Assembly (NCBI GenBank): GCA_963716725.1 | Contig: CAVQUB010000008.1 | Location: 32,001 to 96,000 of the forward strand | Direction of reading: 5' to 3' | Origin: an uncultured delta proteobacterium | Lineage (GTDB): Bacteria > Myxococcota_A > Polyangia > Polyangiales > Polyangiaceae | Length of the DNA stretch: 64,000 nt | Shown here: piece by piece, positions 53,345 through 64,000 of the stretch | Layout of the letters: each line of letters starts with the position of its first letter | Numbering within the stretch: the stretch's first letter is position 1 | Translations under genes and position numbers: made by a program | Notes under the pieces: generated by a model | What the model was told of the DNA's origin: nothing | The model's database searches: none | What the model saw: only the letters and a program-made list of their open reading frames with translations

Positions 53345-54921
53345 TCCGCTGGCGTCACCTGGCGCTGGTCGGCGCCGCTCTCGGTGTCGCGTTGCCGGCG
53401 CTGGCCGCGCCGCCCGCCATGACCCGCGACGAAATCCTCTCGCGGGGCAAGGGCGTCGTGAAGTTCTCCTATTGGTGGGGCCATGGCCGCTGGAGCACCA
53501 GCTCGACCTCCCACGGATCGTGCTCGGGTAGCTGCCCGGGCTGTTCCCACTCGGGCTCCTACGGGGCGGACTGCTCCGGCTTCGTCGCCAAGGCGTGGCA
53601 GGTGCCCGGCGCCATCAGCGTGACCACTGACTCGCACCCCTATTCGACCTATCACTTCGACAACACCAGCACCCACTGGACCACGATCTCGCGGAGCAGC
53701 ACCAAGCAAGCCGACGCCTTCGTCTACAACACCAACGGCGCCGGCCACATCGTGCTCTACGAGAGTGGCGACCCCTGGGGATGGGTCACCGCCATCGAGT
53801 GCAAGGGATGCAGCTACGGTTGCGTGCGCGGCAGCCGCACCCTGAGCTCGAGCTACAAGGCTATCCGACGCCACAACGTGCAGGACTTTGCCGACAAGGA
53901 CGGCGACGGAGTCGCGGACGCCAAAGACAACTGCGTATCGACCAAGAACACCAGCCAGACCGACACCAACAAAGACGGGCAGGGCGACGCCTGCGACACA
54001 GACGACGACGGCGACGGCGTGGCGGACGCCAAGGACAACTGCGCCTTGGTGAAGAACGCGACCCAGACCGACACGGACAAAGACGGCAAGGGCGACGCCT
54101 GCGACACGGATGACGACGGCGACGGCGTGCTGGATGCCAAGGACAACTGCGCGCTCGCGTCCAACAAGAGCCAACTCGACACGGACAAAGACGGTAAGGG
54201 CGACGCCTGCGATACCGATGACGACGGCGACGGCGTCTTGGACAGCAAGGACAACTGCGCGCTGGTGAAGAACGCGACCCAGGCCGACACCGACAAAGAC
54301 GGCAAAGGCGACGCCTGCGCGGTGGATGACGACGGGGACGGCGTCGTCGATACCGACGACAACTGCAAGCTCGACGCCAACTCGGACCAGACCGACAGCG
54401 ACGGGGACGGCAAAGGCGACGCTTGCGACGACGACGACGACGGAGACGGCGTGGTCGACGCGGCCGACGTCTGTCCCAACGTGACGGATTCGACGCAGGC
54501 GGATGCGGACGGCGACGGACTGGGCGATGCGTGCGACGATGATCGCGACGGCGACGGAGTCGCCAACGCGAGCGACAACTGTCCGGAGCTCGCCGCCGAG
54601 AGCCAAGACGACAGCGACGAGGACGGCGTGGGCGACGCGTGCGACGACGATCTCGACGGCGACGGCGTCTTCAATGCCGTCGACAACTGCCCGACCGTCT
54701 CCAATCCCGATCAGAAAGACGGCATTGGCGACAAGGGTGCAGCGTGCTCGGCCGGTGATCTCGGAGATTTGGGCTTCGATGGCGCCGGAGGCTTCGACCC
54801 GGGTGAAGAGATGAGCGGCGGCTGTGGTTGCTCGCTGCCCGGCGACGGGCGCGAGTCGTCGTTCGGGCTCCTGGCCCTGATCGCCGCGCTCTCGCTGATC
54901 GGCCGTCGGCGCTCCCGCTAG
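53341..54921 (+). CDS. NlpC/P60 (C40)-like peptidoglycan endopeptidase + 8 TSP3 units + MYXO-CTERM
   Basis: Signal peptide; [27 protein letters not shown]; 8 x 36-aa DGDGVxDxxDNC..DxDxDGxGDAC; GGCGC...[10 protein letters not shown]. Confidence 0.88.
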   Translation: MIRWRHLALVGAALGVALPALAAPPAMTRDEILSRGKGVVKFSYWWGHGRWSTSSTSHGSCSGSCPGCSHSGSYGADCSGFVAKAWQVPGAISVTTDSHPYSTYHFDNTSTHWTTISRSSTKQADAFVYNTNGAGHIVLYESGDPWGWVTAIECKGCSYGCVRGSRTLSSSYKAIRRHNVQDFADKDGDGVADAKDNCVSTKNTSQTDTNKDGQGDACDTDDDGDGVADAKDNCALVKNATQTDTDKDGKGDACDTDDDGDGVLDAKDNCALASNKSQLDTDKDGKGDACDTDDDGDGVLDSKDNCALVKNATQADTDKDGKGDACAVDDDGDGVVDTDDNCKLDANSDQTDSDGDGKGDACDDDDDGDGVVDAADVCPNVTDSTQADADGDGLGDACDDDRDGDGVANASDNCPELAAESQDDSDEDGVGDACDDDLDGDGVFNAVDNCPTVSNPDQKDGIGDKGAACSAGDLGDLGFDGAGGFDPGEEMSGGCGCSLPGDGRESSFGLLALIAALSLIGRRRSR

Positions 54922-54922
54922 G

Positions 54923-54939
54923 GCCAACCGCCGGTTGGC
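54923..54939. terminator. Palindrome GCCAACCG-c-CGGTTGGC after stop codon
   Basis: Perfect 8-bp inverted repeat right after the TAG. Could be a terminator or a binding site. Confidence 0.35.
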
Positions 54940-55002
54940 AGTTGGCGGCGGCGGTGACGCCAAGACTCAGCCCTAACCAGCTGAAATCACACGCTGGGAA
55001 GC

Positions 55003-55018
55003 TGGTCCCGCCTTTGCA
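55003..55018 (+). promoter_or_regulatory. Possible sigma-54 promoter
   Basis: TGGTCCCGCCTTTGCA (GG-N10-GC) just upstream of ATG 55032. Confidence 0.45.
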
Positions 55019-55031
55019 CATACATCAGCCC

Positions 55032-56531
55032 ATGGCGCACTGGGCTCGCTTCGGGTTGTTGTTGACCGTCCTGTTCACCTTCGCGTGTCAGGCAGGGCCA
55101 ATGGGAAACGAGGAGCCGATCCTCGAGGTGCATCAGGACGTCAGCGCGCCGCTCGCCAAGGCCTACTGCTCGGTCCCGGTGACGGGCGTCGGGACGAAGA
55201 ACATGGAGGAGGACTACCTCCCCCACGTGATCACCTGCGAGAACGGCGGCGCCAATCTCCAGGCGTTGAAGGCGCAGGCCATCTCCGCGCGTTCCGTCGC
55301 CTACTACGCGATGGCCACCAAGGGATCCATCTGCGACGGACAAGGCTGCCAGGTGTACTCGTGTGGCGCGAAGCCCTCGGCCAAGGCCTACCAGGCCGTG
55401 AAGGAGACCGCGGGCATCTACCTGTCGTTCGGCGGGATGCTCACCTACGGCTTCTACGTCAGCGGTGACAACAACACCTCGGCGCCAAGCTGCAAGGGCA
55501 GCTCGAGTCACGCCATGGAGAAGTACGTCACCTACAACTCCGGGCTCAGCGGCACGAGCGTGAAGCAGACCTCGCTCGGGTACATCGGGCCGCCGGGCTA
55601 CGGACAGAACCGCGGGTGCATGAGCCAATGGGGCGCGCGCTGCCTCGAGGCCAACAAGGGCTACGACTACAAGCAGATCTTACAGTTCTACTACGGCTCG
55701 GACATCAAGCTCCTGACCGCCTCGGGGTCGTGTGTCGGGCCGGCCGACGGCGACGGCGACGGCGTGACCGACGACAAAGACAACTGCCCGAGCGCCAAGA
55801 ACGCGGATCAGAAAGACACGGACAAGGACGGCAAGGGTGACGCTTGTGACACCGACGATGACGGTGACGGCGTCGCGGACACGACGGACAACTGCCCCTT
55901 GGTGTCGAACAAGGCGCAGACCGACACGGACAAGGACGGAAAGGGCGACGCTTGTGACACCGACGATGACGGCGACGGCGTCGCGGACACGACGGACAAC
56001 TGCCCCTTGGTGTCGAACAAGGCGCAGACCGATACGGACAAGGACGGCAAGGGCGACGCCTGCGAGACCGATGACGACGGTGACGGAGTCGCCGACGACA
56101 CCGATAACTGCCCTGGGACTCCCAACGCTGACCAGACCGACACGGACAACGACGGCGAAGGGGACGTCTGCGACGACGACGGAGACGGTGACGGAGTCGC
56201 CGACGCGAGCGACAACTGCCCGACCACGTCGAATCCCGATCAGGCCGACTCGGACGAAGACGGAGCGGGCGACGCTTGCGACTCGCCGAGCGGCACCGGC
56301 GGTGCCAGCGGCAGCGGCGGCTCGAGTGGTGCCGGCGGTTCGAGCGGCGGCAGCGGTTCGGGTGGCAAGAGCACCGGCGGCGGCGCGGGCCAGCAGACGA
56401 AGGTGGTCGACGATGGCGACGACGACGGTGGCTGCACCACGTCGCGCGGACCGGCCGGGTCTGGCTTCGGACTGATGGGCGCGCTGGTCGCCCTTGCATT
56501 CGCCGGGCGCCGGCGGACAATGGCGCGATGA
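55032..56531 (+). CDS. SpoIID/LytB-family lytic transglycosylase + 5 TSP3 units + MYXO-CTERM
   Basis: [26 protein letters not shown]...[24 protein letters not shown]; lipobox-like FTFAC; GGC...LAFAGRRR. Confidence 0.9.
   Translation: MAHWARFGLLLTVLFTFACQAGPMGNEEPILEVHQDVSAPLAKAYCSVPVTGVGTKNMEEDYLPHVITCENGGANLQALKAQAISARSVAYYAMATKGSICDGQGCQVYSCGAKPSAKAYQAVKETAGIYLSFGGMLTYGFYVSGDNNTSAPSCKGSSSHAMEKYVTYNSGLSGTSVKQTSLGYIGPPGYGQNRGCMSQWGARCLEANKGYDYKQILQFYYGSDIKLLTASGSCVGPADGDGDGVTDDKDNCPSAKNADQKDTDKDGKGDACDTDDDGDGVADTTDNCPLVSNKAQTDTDKDGKGDACDTDDDGDGVADTTDNCPLVSNKAQTDTDKDGKGDACETDDDGDGVADDTDNCPGTPNADQTDTDNDGEGDVCDDDGDGDGVADASDNCPTTSNPDQADSDEDGAGDACDSPSGTGGASGSGGSSGAGGSSGGSGSGGKSTGGGAGQQTKVVDDGDDDGGCTTSRGPAGSGFGLMGALVALAFAGRRRTMAR
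55815..56085 (+). repeat. 108-bp near-identical tandem repeats (TSP3 units)
   Basis: Units begin at 55815, 55923 and 56031. GTCGCGGACACGACGGACAACTGCCCCTTGGTGTCGAACAAGGCGCAGACC is identical in two copies. Confidence 0.85.
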
Positions 56532-57766
56532 TCGCCCGCGCTTTGGTGCTGCTCGGCGTGCTGGGGCTCGCGGGGTGCGCCGTCGAGGTTCAGCCCGACG
56601 AGCCCGACGGTCCCGAGCCACAGGAAGAGATCGCGACCGTCCAGAGCGGGCTCAGCGTGTCCCAGGCCCTCTCGAGTGGCTGCTCGACTGCGATCGTCGA
56701 AGGCCTGAGCAAGCAGATCATCGCGGAGATGAACTGCATGAACCCGAACGCGCTGAAGGCGGTGCCGTCGCGCCCGAACCTGGTGAAGAACGCCTCGCAC
56801 GTGTTCATGGTCATGCAGCCCAGCGCGGTGGACGCTCTGGTCAAGGCGGTGGACTCGAGCCCGAGCAAGACGCTGCACATCAACAGCATGCTGCGCACCC
56901 TGCCCCAGCAGTGGCTGCTCTATCACTGGTACCAGGCCGGCAAATGCGGCATCCCGCTGGCAGCCACGCCCGGCAACTCGAACCACGAAGGCGGCACGGC
57001 CTTCGACACCGGGGACTACACTGCCTGGAAGAGCGCGCTCACCGCCAAGGGCTTCCAGTGGTACGGCTCCAGCGACGTCTACCACTACACCTACGTTGGC
57101 GCCGGCACCGTCAACCTCAAGGGCAAGGACGTTCTCGCGTTCCAGCGGCTTTGGAACCTGAACAACCCGGGAGACAAGATCACGGAGGACGGCGACTTTG
57201 GCCCGGCCAGCGACTCTCGCTTGGGCAAGAGCCCCACCGAAGGATTCGCGAAAGGGTCGACTTGCTCGCAGCAGCCCAGCGACTCCGATGGCGACGGCGT
57301 CGCGGACGCCACGGACAACTGCCCCGGCGCGAAGAACCCGGGCCAGGAAGATCTCGACCAGGACGGCCAGGGCGATGCCTGCGACGATGACGACGACGGT
57401 GACGGCGTCCCCGACGCGACGGACAACTGCCCGAGCGTGGGCAACGCGACCCAAGTCGACTGCGACCAGGACGGCAAAGGCGACGCCTGCGACGGCGCCA
57501 GCGACTGCGGAACTGGCGGTGCGGCCGGTGCGGCGGGAGCCGGCGGAAGTGCGGGCGTGGCGGGTGCGGCCGGCAGCGGCGGTGCGATCAGCGCGTCGGG
57601 TGGCAGTTCAGGCACCGGCGGCGGAGGCGGGCAGTCGACCAAGACGCTCAGCGACAGCGGCGACGGCGGCAGCTGCACCGTGAGCGCACAACCGCGCGCT
57701 GCGGGCTTCGCTTGGCTGCTCGCCGCGTTTGCACTGGGTTGGGCCCGACGCCGACCTGTTCGCTGA
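56528..57766 (+). CDS. M15-family (VanY-like) Zn peptidase + PG-binding domain + 2 TSP3 units + MYXO-CTERM
   Basis: Lipobox [62 protein letters not shown]...LGWARRR. Confidence 0.9.
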   Translation: MIARALVLLGVLGLAGCAVEVQPDEPDGPEPQEEIATVQSGLSVSQALSSGCSTAIVEGLSKQIIAEMNCMNPNALKAVPSRPNLVKNASHVFMVMQPSAVDALVKAVDSSPSKTLHINSMLRTLPQQWLLYHWYQAGKCGIPLAATPGNSNHEGGTAFDTGDYTAWKSALTAKGFQWYGSSDVYHYTYVGAGTVNLKGKDVLAFQRLWNLNNPGDKITEDGDFGPASDSRLGKSPTEGFAKGSTCSQQPSDSDGDGVADATDNCPGAKNPGQEDLDQDGQGDACDDDDDGDGVPDATDNCPSVGNATQVDCDQDGKGDACDGASDCGTGGAAGAAGAGGSAGVAGAAGSGGAISASGGSSGTGGGGGQSTKTLSDSGDGGSCTVSAQPRAAGFAWLLAAFALGWARRRPVR

Positions 57767-57863
57767 ATTTCACGCTCTTGGGTGGCCCTCGGCCCGCGGG
57801 CCGTGCTATTTGCACTGCACCGAGGGGCACCCCGCGTCGCTCGGCTCAGCGAAGGAGCATCGC

Positions 57864-59045
57864 ATGCGTCGAGGCCTGGCTTTCGTTCTCGGTTCAGTCG
57901 TCATCACGATCGCCGCTGCGGCGTGCAGCAGCGCTAGCGGCGGAGGCGGCGACGGAGGAGGAGGAGGTTCGAGCGCCTCGGGCGGCGGTGGCAGCGGCGG
58001 CAGCGGCGGTGGCGTGAACATCGACGGCGGTGGCGGCACCGGCGCGCTGACGGGCTGCGAGAAACAGGTCTTTGGCGGCGAGCTGGTCCCCGTCGACATG
58101 TTCCTGATGTTCGATCGCAGCGGGTCGATGCAGGACGGCGGTAAGTGGAGCTCCGTCACCGGCGCCGTGAAGAAATTCGTCGCGCTGCCTGGGCTCAGCC
58201 AGCTCGGCATGGGGCTCGGTTTCTTCCCGGTCAACGCCACCGGCCCCATCCCCACGGCCTGCACCAAGGACCTCGACTGCGGCTTTTACGGGCCGTGCAT
58301 GCCCGGCTTCAACAACTGCTCTGGTTCGCTGCTCGGCATGAAAGACTCATGCGTCTCGACCGACTACCAGAAGCCGGCGGTCGGGATCGAAGACTTCCCG
58401 GGCGTTGCATCCAAGATCACCGCCGCCCTTGACGGTGCGACCCCGGGCGGCGATTCGACTCCGGCGGGGCCCGCCCTCGAAGGCGCCATCGATCACGCCA
58501 CGATCTGGCAACAGGATCACCTCGACCGCGTGGTGGTGGTGATCCTCGCCACCGACGGCGAGCCCAACAACTGCACGCCCAACACCGTGGCGGACGTGGC
58601 TGGCCACGCCGCCGAGGGGGCCAAGCAGACGCCTCCCATCAAGACCTTCGTGATCGGCGTCGGCGAGCTCTCGGTGCTCAATCAGGTCGCCGCGGCTGGA
58701 GGGACCGACAAAGCCATCATCGTCAGCACCGGCAACGCCGAGAAAGAGTTCCTCGACGCGCTGAACAAGATCCGCGGCGCGGTCGGCTGCCAGTACCTGA
58801 TCCCCACCGGCGGCAAGTCCGACCCCAAGAAGGTCAACGTGCTCTTCACGCCCGAAGACGGCAGCCCGGGCGTGCTCATCAAGCAGTCCCCGAGCGCGTC
58901 CGCCTGTGTCGGTCAAGTTGGCTGGTACTACGACAATCCCGACTCGCCCACGCAGATCATCTTGTGCCCCGGTGCCTGCGACCTCGTCACGAACAAGAAG
59001 GGCAAAGTCGAGGTCGTGGTCGGCTGCAAGACCGAGGTCAACTAG
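57864..59045 (+). CDS. vWA-domain Cys-rich lipoprotein (CglB-like)
   Basis: Lipobox [42 protein letters not shown]. Confidence 0.87.
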   Translation: MRRGLAFVLGSVVITIAAAACSSASGGGGDGGGGGSSASGGGGSGGSGGGVNIDGGGGTGALTGCEKQVFGGELVPVDMFLMFDRSGSMQDGGKWSSVTGAVKKFVALPGLSQLGMGLGFFPVNATGPIPTACTKDLDCGFYGPCMPGFNNCSGSLLGMKDSCVSTDYQKPAVGIEDFPGVASKITAALDGATPGGDSTPAGPALEGAIDHATIWQQDHLDRVVVVILATDGEPNNCTPNTVADVAGHAAEGAKQTPPIKTFVIGVGELSVLNQVAAAGGTDKAIIVSTGNAEKEFLDALNKIRGAVGCQYLIPTGGKSDPKKVNVLFTPEDGSPGVLIKQSPSASACVGQVGWYYDNPDSPTQIILCPGACDLVTNKKGKVEVVVGCKTEVN

Positions 59046-59443
59046 GCCGCCTTCTTCGTCAAGGCGTCTCGAATCTCGGTCAAGAGCTCGACCTCGGGCG
59101 ACGGACCCGCGGGGGCCGCCTCCGGCTCGGCGCGCTTGAGCTTGTTCATGGCCTTGATCGCCATGAAAATCGCGAGCGCCACGATCAAGAAGTCGAAGAT
59201 GGTCTGCAGAAAGACGCCGTACTTGAGGATCACGGCGGGCTTGTCACCGACCGCTTCCTTCAGGGTGACGCCGAGCGCCGAGAAGTTCACGCCGCCCACC
59301 ACGACCCCGAGGGCAGGCATCACCAGGTCGTTCACGAGCGAGGTCACTATTTTCCCGAAGGCGCCGCCGATGATCACACCGACGGCCATGTCGACCACGT
59401 TGCCCTTGACCGCGAACTCTTTGAACTCTTGAATCAAACCCAT
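59042..59443 (-). CDS. mscL: Large-conductance mechanosensitive channel
   Basis: [34 protein letters not shown]...LLTEIRDAL. Confidence 0.97.
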   Translation of the reverse strand: MGLIQEFKEFAVKGNVVDMAVGVIIGGAFGKIVTSLVNDLVMPALGVVVGGVNFSALGVTLKEAVGDKPAVILKYGVFLQTIFDFLIVALAIFMAIKAMNKLKRAEPEAAPAGPSPEVELLTEIRDALTKKAA

Positions 59444-59506
59444 GGCCGGGTTCGTACCGCTTTCTCAGGGTGGGTCAATAGAGCGGGTTTCGCGCGGCGG
59501 GATGCC

Positions 59507-60379
59507 ATGACCGACCCTCGGAACCGAGGCTTCGGCGCAGCCCCCAATGCGCCGTTCTGGCTCGTATCGGAGCACCACTCCGTCGGCCTGGTGTCCGGCA
59601 GCTACGTGCTGGGTCGCGCCGCCGATGCTGACGTGCAGATCCTGTCTGACCCCAACGTGTCACGCCGTCACGCACGGCTGGTCGTCACTCAGGACGTGGT
59701 CGAGGTCGAAGACCTGGGCAGCAGCAACGGGACTTGGCTCGACGGTAAGCTGGTGCAGCACCCGCTCCGCATGCCGGTGGGCGCCAGGCTGCGCGTCGGC
59801 GCGGAGATCTTCGAACTTCGTCGATTGCACCCCTCCCGCAGAGACCGGAACACGGCGAGGACCTCGCCGGAGGCGCCGAACGCGCGGCAAGTGCAGATCC
59901 GGGAGATCTCTGGGCCTGACGCGGCGACCGCCCAAGAGACGCCCGTCGACATGGTCTACGACCAGGTGATGGCGCTGCTCGAAAAGAAGGACGTGGCAGG
60001 CGCGCGGCGCTTCGTCGATCCGCTCCTCGACCTGCTCGAGCTCGGGCATCGGCCGCTGCATGCCGCCGCCCTCGAGCGCGTCTCAGCGCTGACCCTCGGC
60101 CTGGCCGAGGCGTCGGGCGATGGTCGCTACGTCGAGTGGACCCTCACCGAGCATCGTCGCCGCTCCCGCCTCATGAGCCAGCGCACGGTGGACCTGTTCG
60201 AGCGGGTGCTGTGCACCGGCGTTCCGGTCGATGCGGAGCCCGTCGAGAACTACCTGGCCGCCATCGACGAGCTCAGCCTCGCCGTCACGCCCGGGGATGT
60301 TGTGCAGGTCTCGCGCATCCGGGCCGCCGCGGAAAGCCGCGGTTTCACCCTGCCGGCCCCGCCGCCGGAGCGGCACTGA
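59507..60379 (+). CDS. FHA-domain protein
   Basis: LGR, VSRRHARL, VEDLGSSNGTWLDG. Confidence 0.9.
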   Translation: MTDPRNRGFGAAPNAPFWLVSEHHSVGLVSGSYVLGRAADADVQILSDPNVSRRHARLVVTQDVVEVEDLGSSNGTWLDGKLVQHPLRMPVGARLRVGAEIFELRRLHPSRRDRNTARTSPEAPNARQVQIREISGPDAATAQETPVDMVYDQVMALLEKKDVAGARRFVDPLLDLLELGHRPLHAAALERVSALTLGLAEASGDGRYVEWTLTEHRRRSRLMSQRTVDLFERVLCTGVPVDAEPVENYLAAIDELSLAVTPGDVVQVSRIRAAAESRGFTLPAPPPERH

Positions 60380-60464
60380 GGGCGAATGCCCTGGGTATGA
60401 CGGGCCTCCCGCGACGGCCTCAAATCGAGTAGCGTCCGACCCGCCCATGGAAAGGACGAGTCGA

Positions 60465-61862
<1,398 letters not shown>

Positions 61863-61883
61863 TCGCGCGCTAGAGCCGGCCTG

Positions 61884-61907
61884 CCCCTCTCCCCTGCGGG
61901 AGAGGGG
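61884..61907. terminator. Hairpin between convergent genes
   Basis: CCCCTCTCCC-ctgc-GGGAGAGGGG, a perfect 10-bp stem. Confidence 0.7.
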
Positions 61908-61915
61908 AGCGGCGC

Positions 61916-64000
61916 TCAGTGCGTCGCGCTGGCCGGCGCCGCAGGCTTCCGGTGGGCCGCGAGGTCCAACGGCGACAGTCCGGCGCCCGTCAGCGCCGTG
62001 CGCACGGCGACGAAGGGCACCTCACCAAAGACGGCCGCAGCCACCTCGGAGATCTTCACGGCGCCCTGCTGCGAGAACCAGACCTCGACGGAAATGGCCA
62101 GCGTGCGCCCCACGATGCCGGCGCATGCGAGGGCTTCCTCACCGCCCACGGTCAGCGAGCTAACGAAGGATCGGACGTCGACGCTCTTGCCCACGCCCTC
62201 GATCTGCCGGCGCACGACGTGGGTGTCTTTAGCCATGAAATCCCGGATCTGGCCCTCCACGTCGAGCACCTCGCCGCCCAGCCCGATCACGTAGCGCGCT
62301 CCGTCGAGGATGCGGTTGATCCCGGGATCGTTGGCCCCGAGCGCTTGCGCGCCGGTGAACCACAGGCCCGGAGCGACGGCTTCGTTCAGCTGGTCGAGCA
62401 AGCTCTCCGGCGCGTCAATCAGCTTGACGTCGACCCACTCGTCGAGGCTCGCGACGCCCAGCGACAGTGCGGGTCCAAAGCTCAGATCCGGTTTCGGGTG
62501 AAAGCCGGTCGTGTACGCCGTCTTGACGCCCGCACGACGGATGATCCGAGGCACCTCGCGCATCAGATCCAGATGACCCAAGAGGGCCGCGGCGCCCGTC
62601 TTGTGGAAGGACAGGCGATAGCGTACCGGCGCGCTGCCTGACCGCAGCGGTCGAAAGACCTCCGGTTGGTGCTTCCTCCGCTCCGCGTTCGTGATCAGCG
62701 GGAGCTGTCGCCGCTCGGCGGGTTCGTCCGCGCCAAACTCCCGCAGCGCCCCGATGCGGCGCTCGCGCATTTGCCCCAGGTCGCAGGCAATGCCGCAGTC
62801 GTAGCAGACCAGGCGGCGCTGATCGGCGGCGGCGTCCCGGGCGTTGTCGTGGTGCACGAACATGGCCTTGGCCTTGCCGCAGGGTGGGCTGAGCCGCCCG
62901 TGAAGGCTCTTGCGATACTCGCGAGCCAGAAAGCCGTCTTCGAGCCCGACGTCGATGTGGTCCCAGGGCAGCCGTGCGCCGACGGGAAGGGTTCCTAGGT
63001 AGCGCGCATCATCGATCTCGTGGGCCTCGAAGGCGGCGCGCCAGAGATCCAACTGCACCCGGCCTTCCCAGCTGTCGAAGCGCGCGCCCGCGCGGTAGGC
63101 GTGCTCGATCACCGCGCCGAGGCGCCGATCTCCGCGGGCGATCACCGCCTCGAGGAAGCTAGAGCCCGGCTCGTGCATGCGAAGCTTGAGCCCCCGGGCG
63201 TCCCGGGCCGCGCCCCGCAACAGGCGCTGCTTGTGGGCGATCTGGTCCGGCGTGTCCATTGCGCACCACTGAAACGGGGTGTGCGGCTTCGGCACGTGCA
63301 CGCTGACGCTGGTGGTGACCGTCGCGCGAGCGCCCAGTCGTTTGCCCACGGCGAGGGCGTTCTTGCCGACTTGCACGATGCCGAGCACGTCCTCGTCGGT
63401 CTCGGTAGGCAGGCCGCAGATGAAGTAGAGCTTCATCTTGTCGAAGCCTCGGGAGAACACCCGGTTCGCGGTCTCGATCAACTGCGCTTCGGTGACGTTC
63501 TTGTTGATCACGTCACGCATGCGTTGGGTGCCGGCCTCGGGAGCGAAGGTCAGCCCAGTGGCGCGCACTTGGCGCATGTCGTCGAGCAGGTCTTCCGCGA
63601 GGCCGTAGGCGCGGAGCGAGGCCACGCCCAAGCTCACGCGCTCGGGCGCCGTCTTCCGGGCCAAATCGCGGATCAGCGGGGATATCGCGCTCACGTCCGC
63701 CGTGGACAGGGCCGTCAGGCTCACCTCGTCTTGCCCGCTCTTGTCGAGCGCGCGCTCGACGGTGCGCACCACCTCGAGCGGGTCGCGCTCGCGCACGGGC
63801 CGGTAGATCATGCCCGCCTGGCAGAAGCGACAGCCCTCGGTGCAGCCGCGCGCCACCTCGATGCTCATCCGATCGAAGATCGCCTCCGGGCCGCCGACGG
63901 GTCCGTCGTCGGGAAACGGAAACCGATCCAGGTTCTCGAGCACACGGCGCCGGATCGGAAACGGGACGGGTTCGAGCGCGGGACCGCTGACCACCTCGAG
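61916..64000 (-). CDS. Radical SAM protein (TIGR03960-type) fused to radical-SAM-associated DUF2344-like domain; 5' end lies beyond the window
   Basis: EVARGCTEGCRFCQAG (CxxxCxxC), TFAPEAG, KLYFICGLPTE, PKPHTPFQW; C-terminal HLDL...GFHPKP..SFGPALSLG. Confidence 0.92.
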   Translation of the reverse strand, partial: LEVVSGPALEPVPFPIRRRVLENLDRFPFPDDGPVGGPEAIFDRMSIEVARGCTEGCRFCQAGMIYRPVRERDPLEVVRTVERALDKSGQDEVSLTALSTADVSAISPLIRDLARKTAPERVSLGVASLRAYGLAEDLLDDMRQVRATGLTFAPEAGTQRMRDVINKNVTEAQLIETANRVFSRGFDKMKLYFICGLPTETDEDVLGIVQVGKNALAVGKRLGARATVTTSVSVHVPKPHTPFQWCAMDTPDQIAHKQRLLRGAARDARGLKLRMHEPGSSFLEAVIARGDRRLGAVIEHAYRAGARFDSWEGRVQLDLWRAAFEAHEIDDARYLGTLPVGARLPWDHIDVGLEDGFLAREYRKSLHGRLSPPCGKAKAMFVHHDNARDAAADQRRLVCYDCGIACDLGQMRERRIGALREFGADEPAERRQLPLITNAERRKHQPEVFRPLRSGSAPVRYRLSFHKTGAAALLGHLDLMREVPRIIRRAGVKTAYTTGFHPKPDLSFGPALSLGVASLDEWVDVKLIDAPESLLDQLNEAVAPGLWFTGAQALGANDPGINRILDGARYVIGLGGEVLDVEGQIRDFMAKDTHVVRRQIEGVGKSVDVRSFVSSLTVGGEEALACAGIVGRTLAISVEVWFSQQGAVKISEVAAAVFGEVPFVAVRTALTGAGLSPLDLAAHRKPAAPASATH

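Noticed and set aside
57798..57814. Sigma-54 promoter before the vWA gene
   Set aside because: GG-GC spacing is 11-12 nt rather than the required 10.

Overview
GC-rich, gene-dense chromosomal segment typical of Myxococcota (most like Polyangiales, inferred from Hanks kinases, sigma-54 activators, Gly-linker lipoproteins, five MYXO-CTERM proteins and TSP3/OmpA proteins). About 49 CDS are supported; no rRNA, tRNA, CRISPR array, transposase or integrase was seen. Highlights: (1) 52.3-57.8 kb: three tandem peptidoglycan hydrolases of three different chemistries (NlpC/P60, SpoIID, M15+PG-binding), each on a TSP3 stalk of 8, 5 and 2 repeat units with a MYXO-CTERM surface anchor, preceded by a coupled beta-propeller gene. 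This is a candidate surface-displayed prey cell-wall lysis system. (2) 1.6-4.6 kb: a Ser/Thr kinase apparently fused to ExbB/TolQ-like helices and an ExbD/TolR-like domain, followed by a mini ExbB-like gene behind a sigma-54-type promoter. (3) A 2.8-kb cassette (double-HTH LuxR + Cys-rich lipoprotein) flanked by 100-bp direct repeats with a palindromic core. (4) A desaturase fused to a nicotianamine-synthase-like SAM domain, next to psd and an LtaS-like enzyme. (5) An HzsA-like multiheme lipoprotein with non-canonical heme motifs. (6) A single-base frameshift in a G5 run. All family assignments come from motif reading, not database searches. Start codons were refined by eye.
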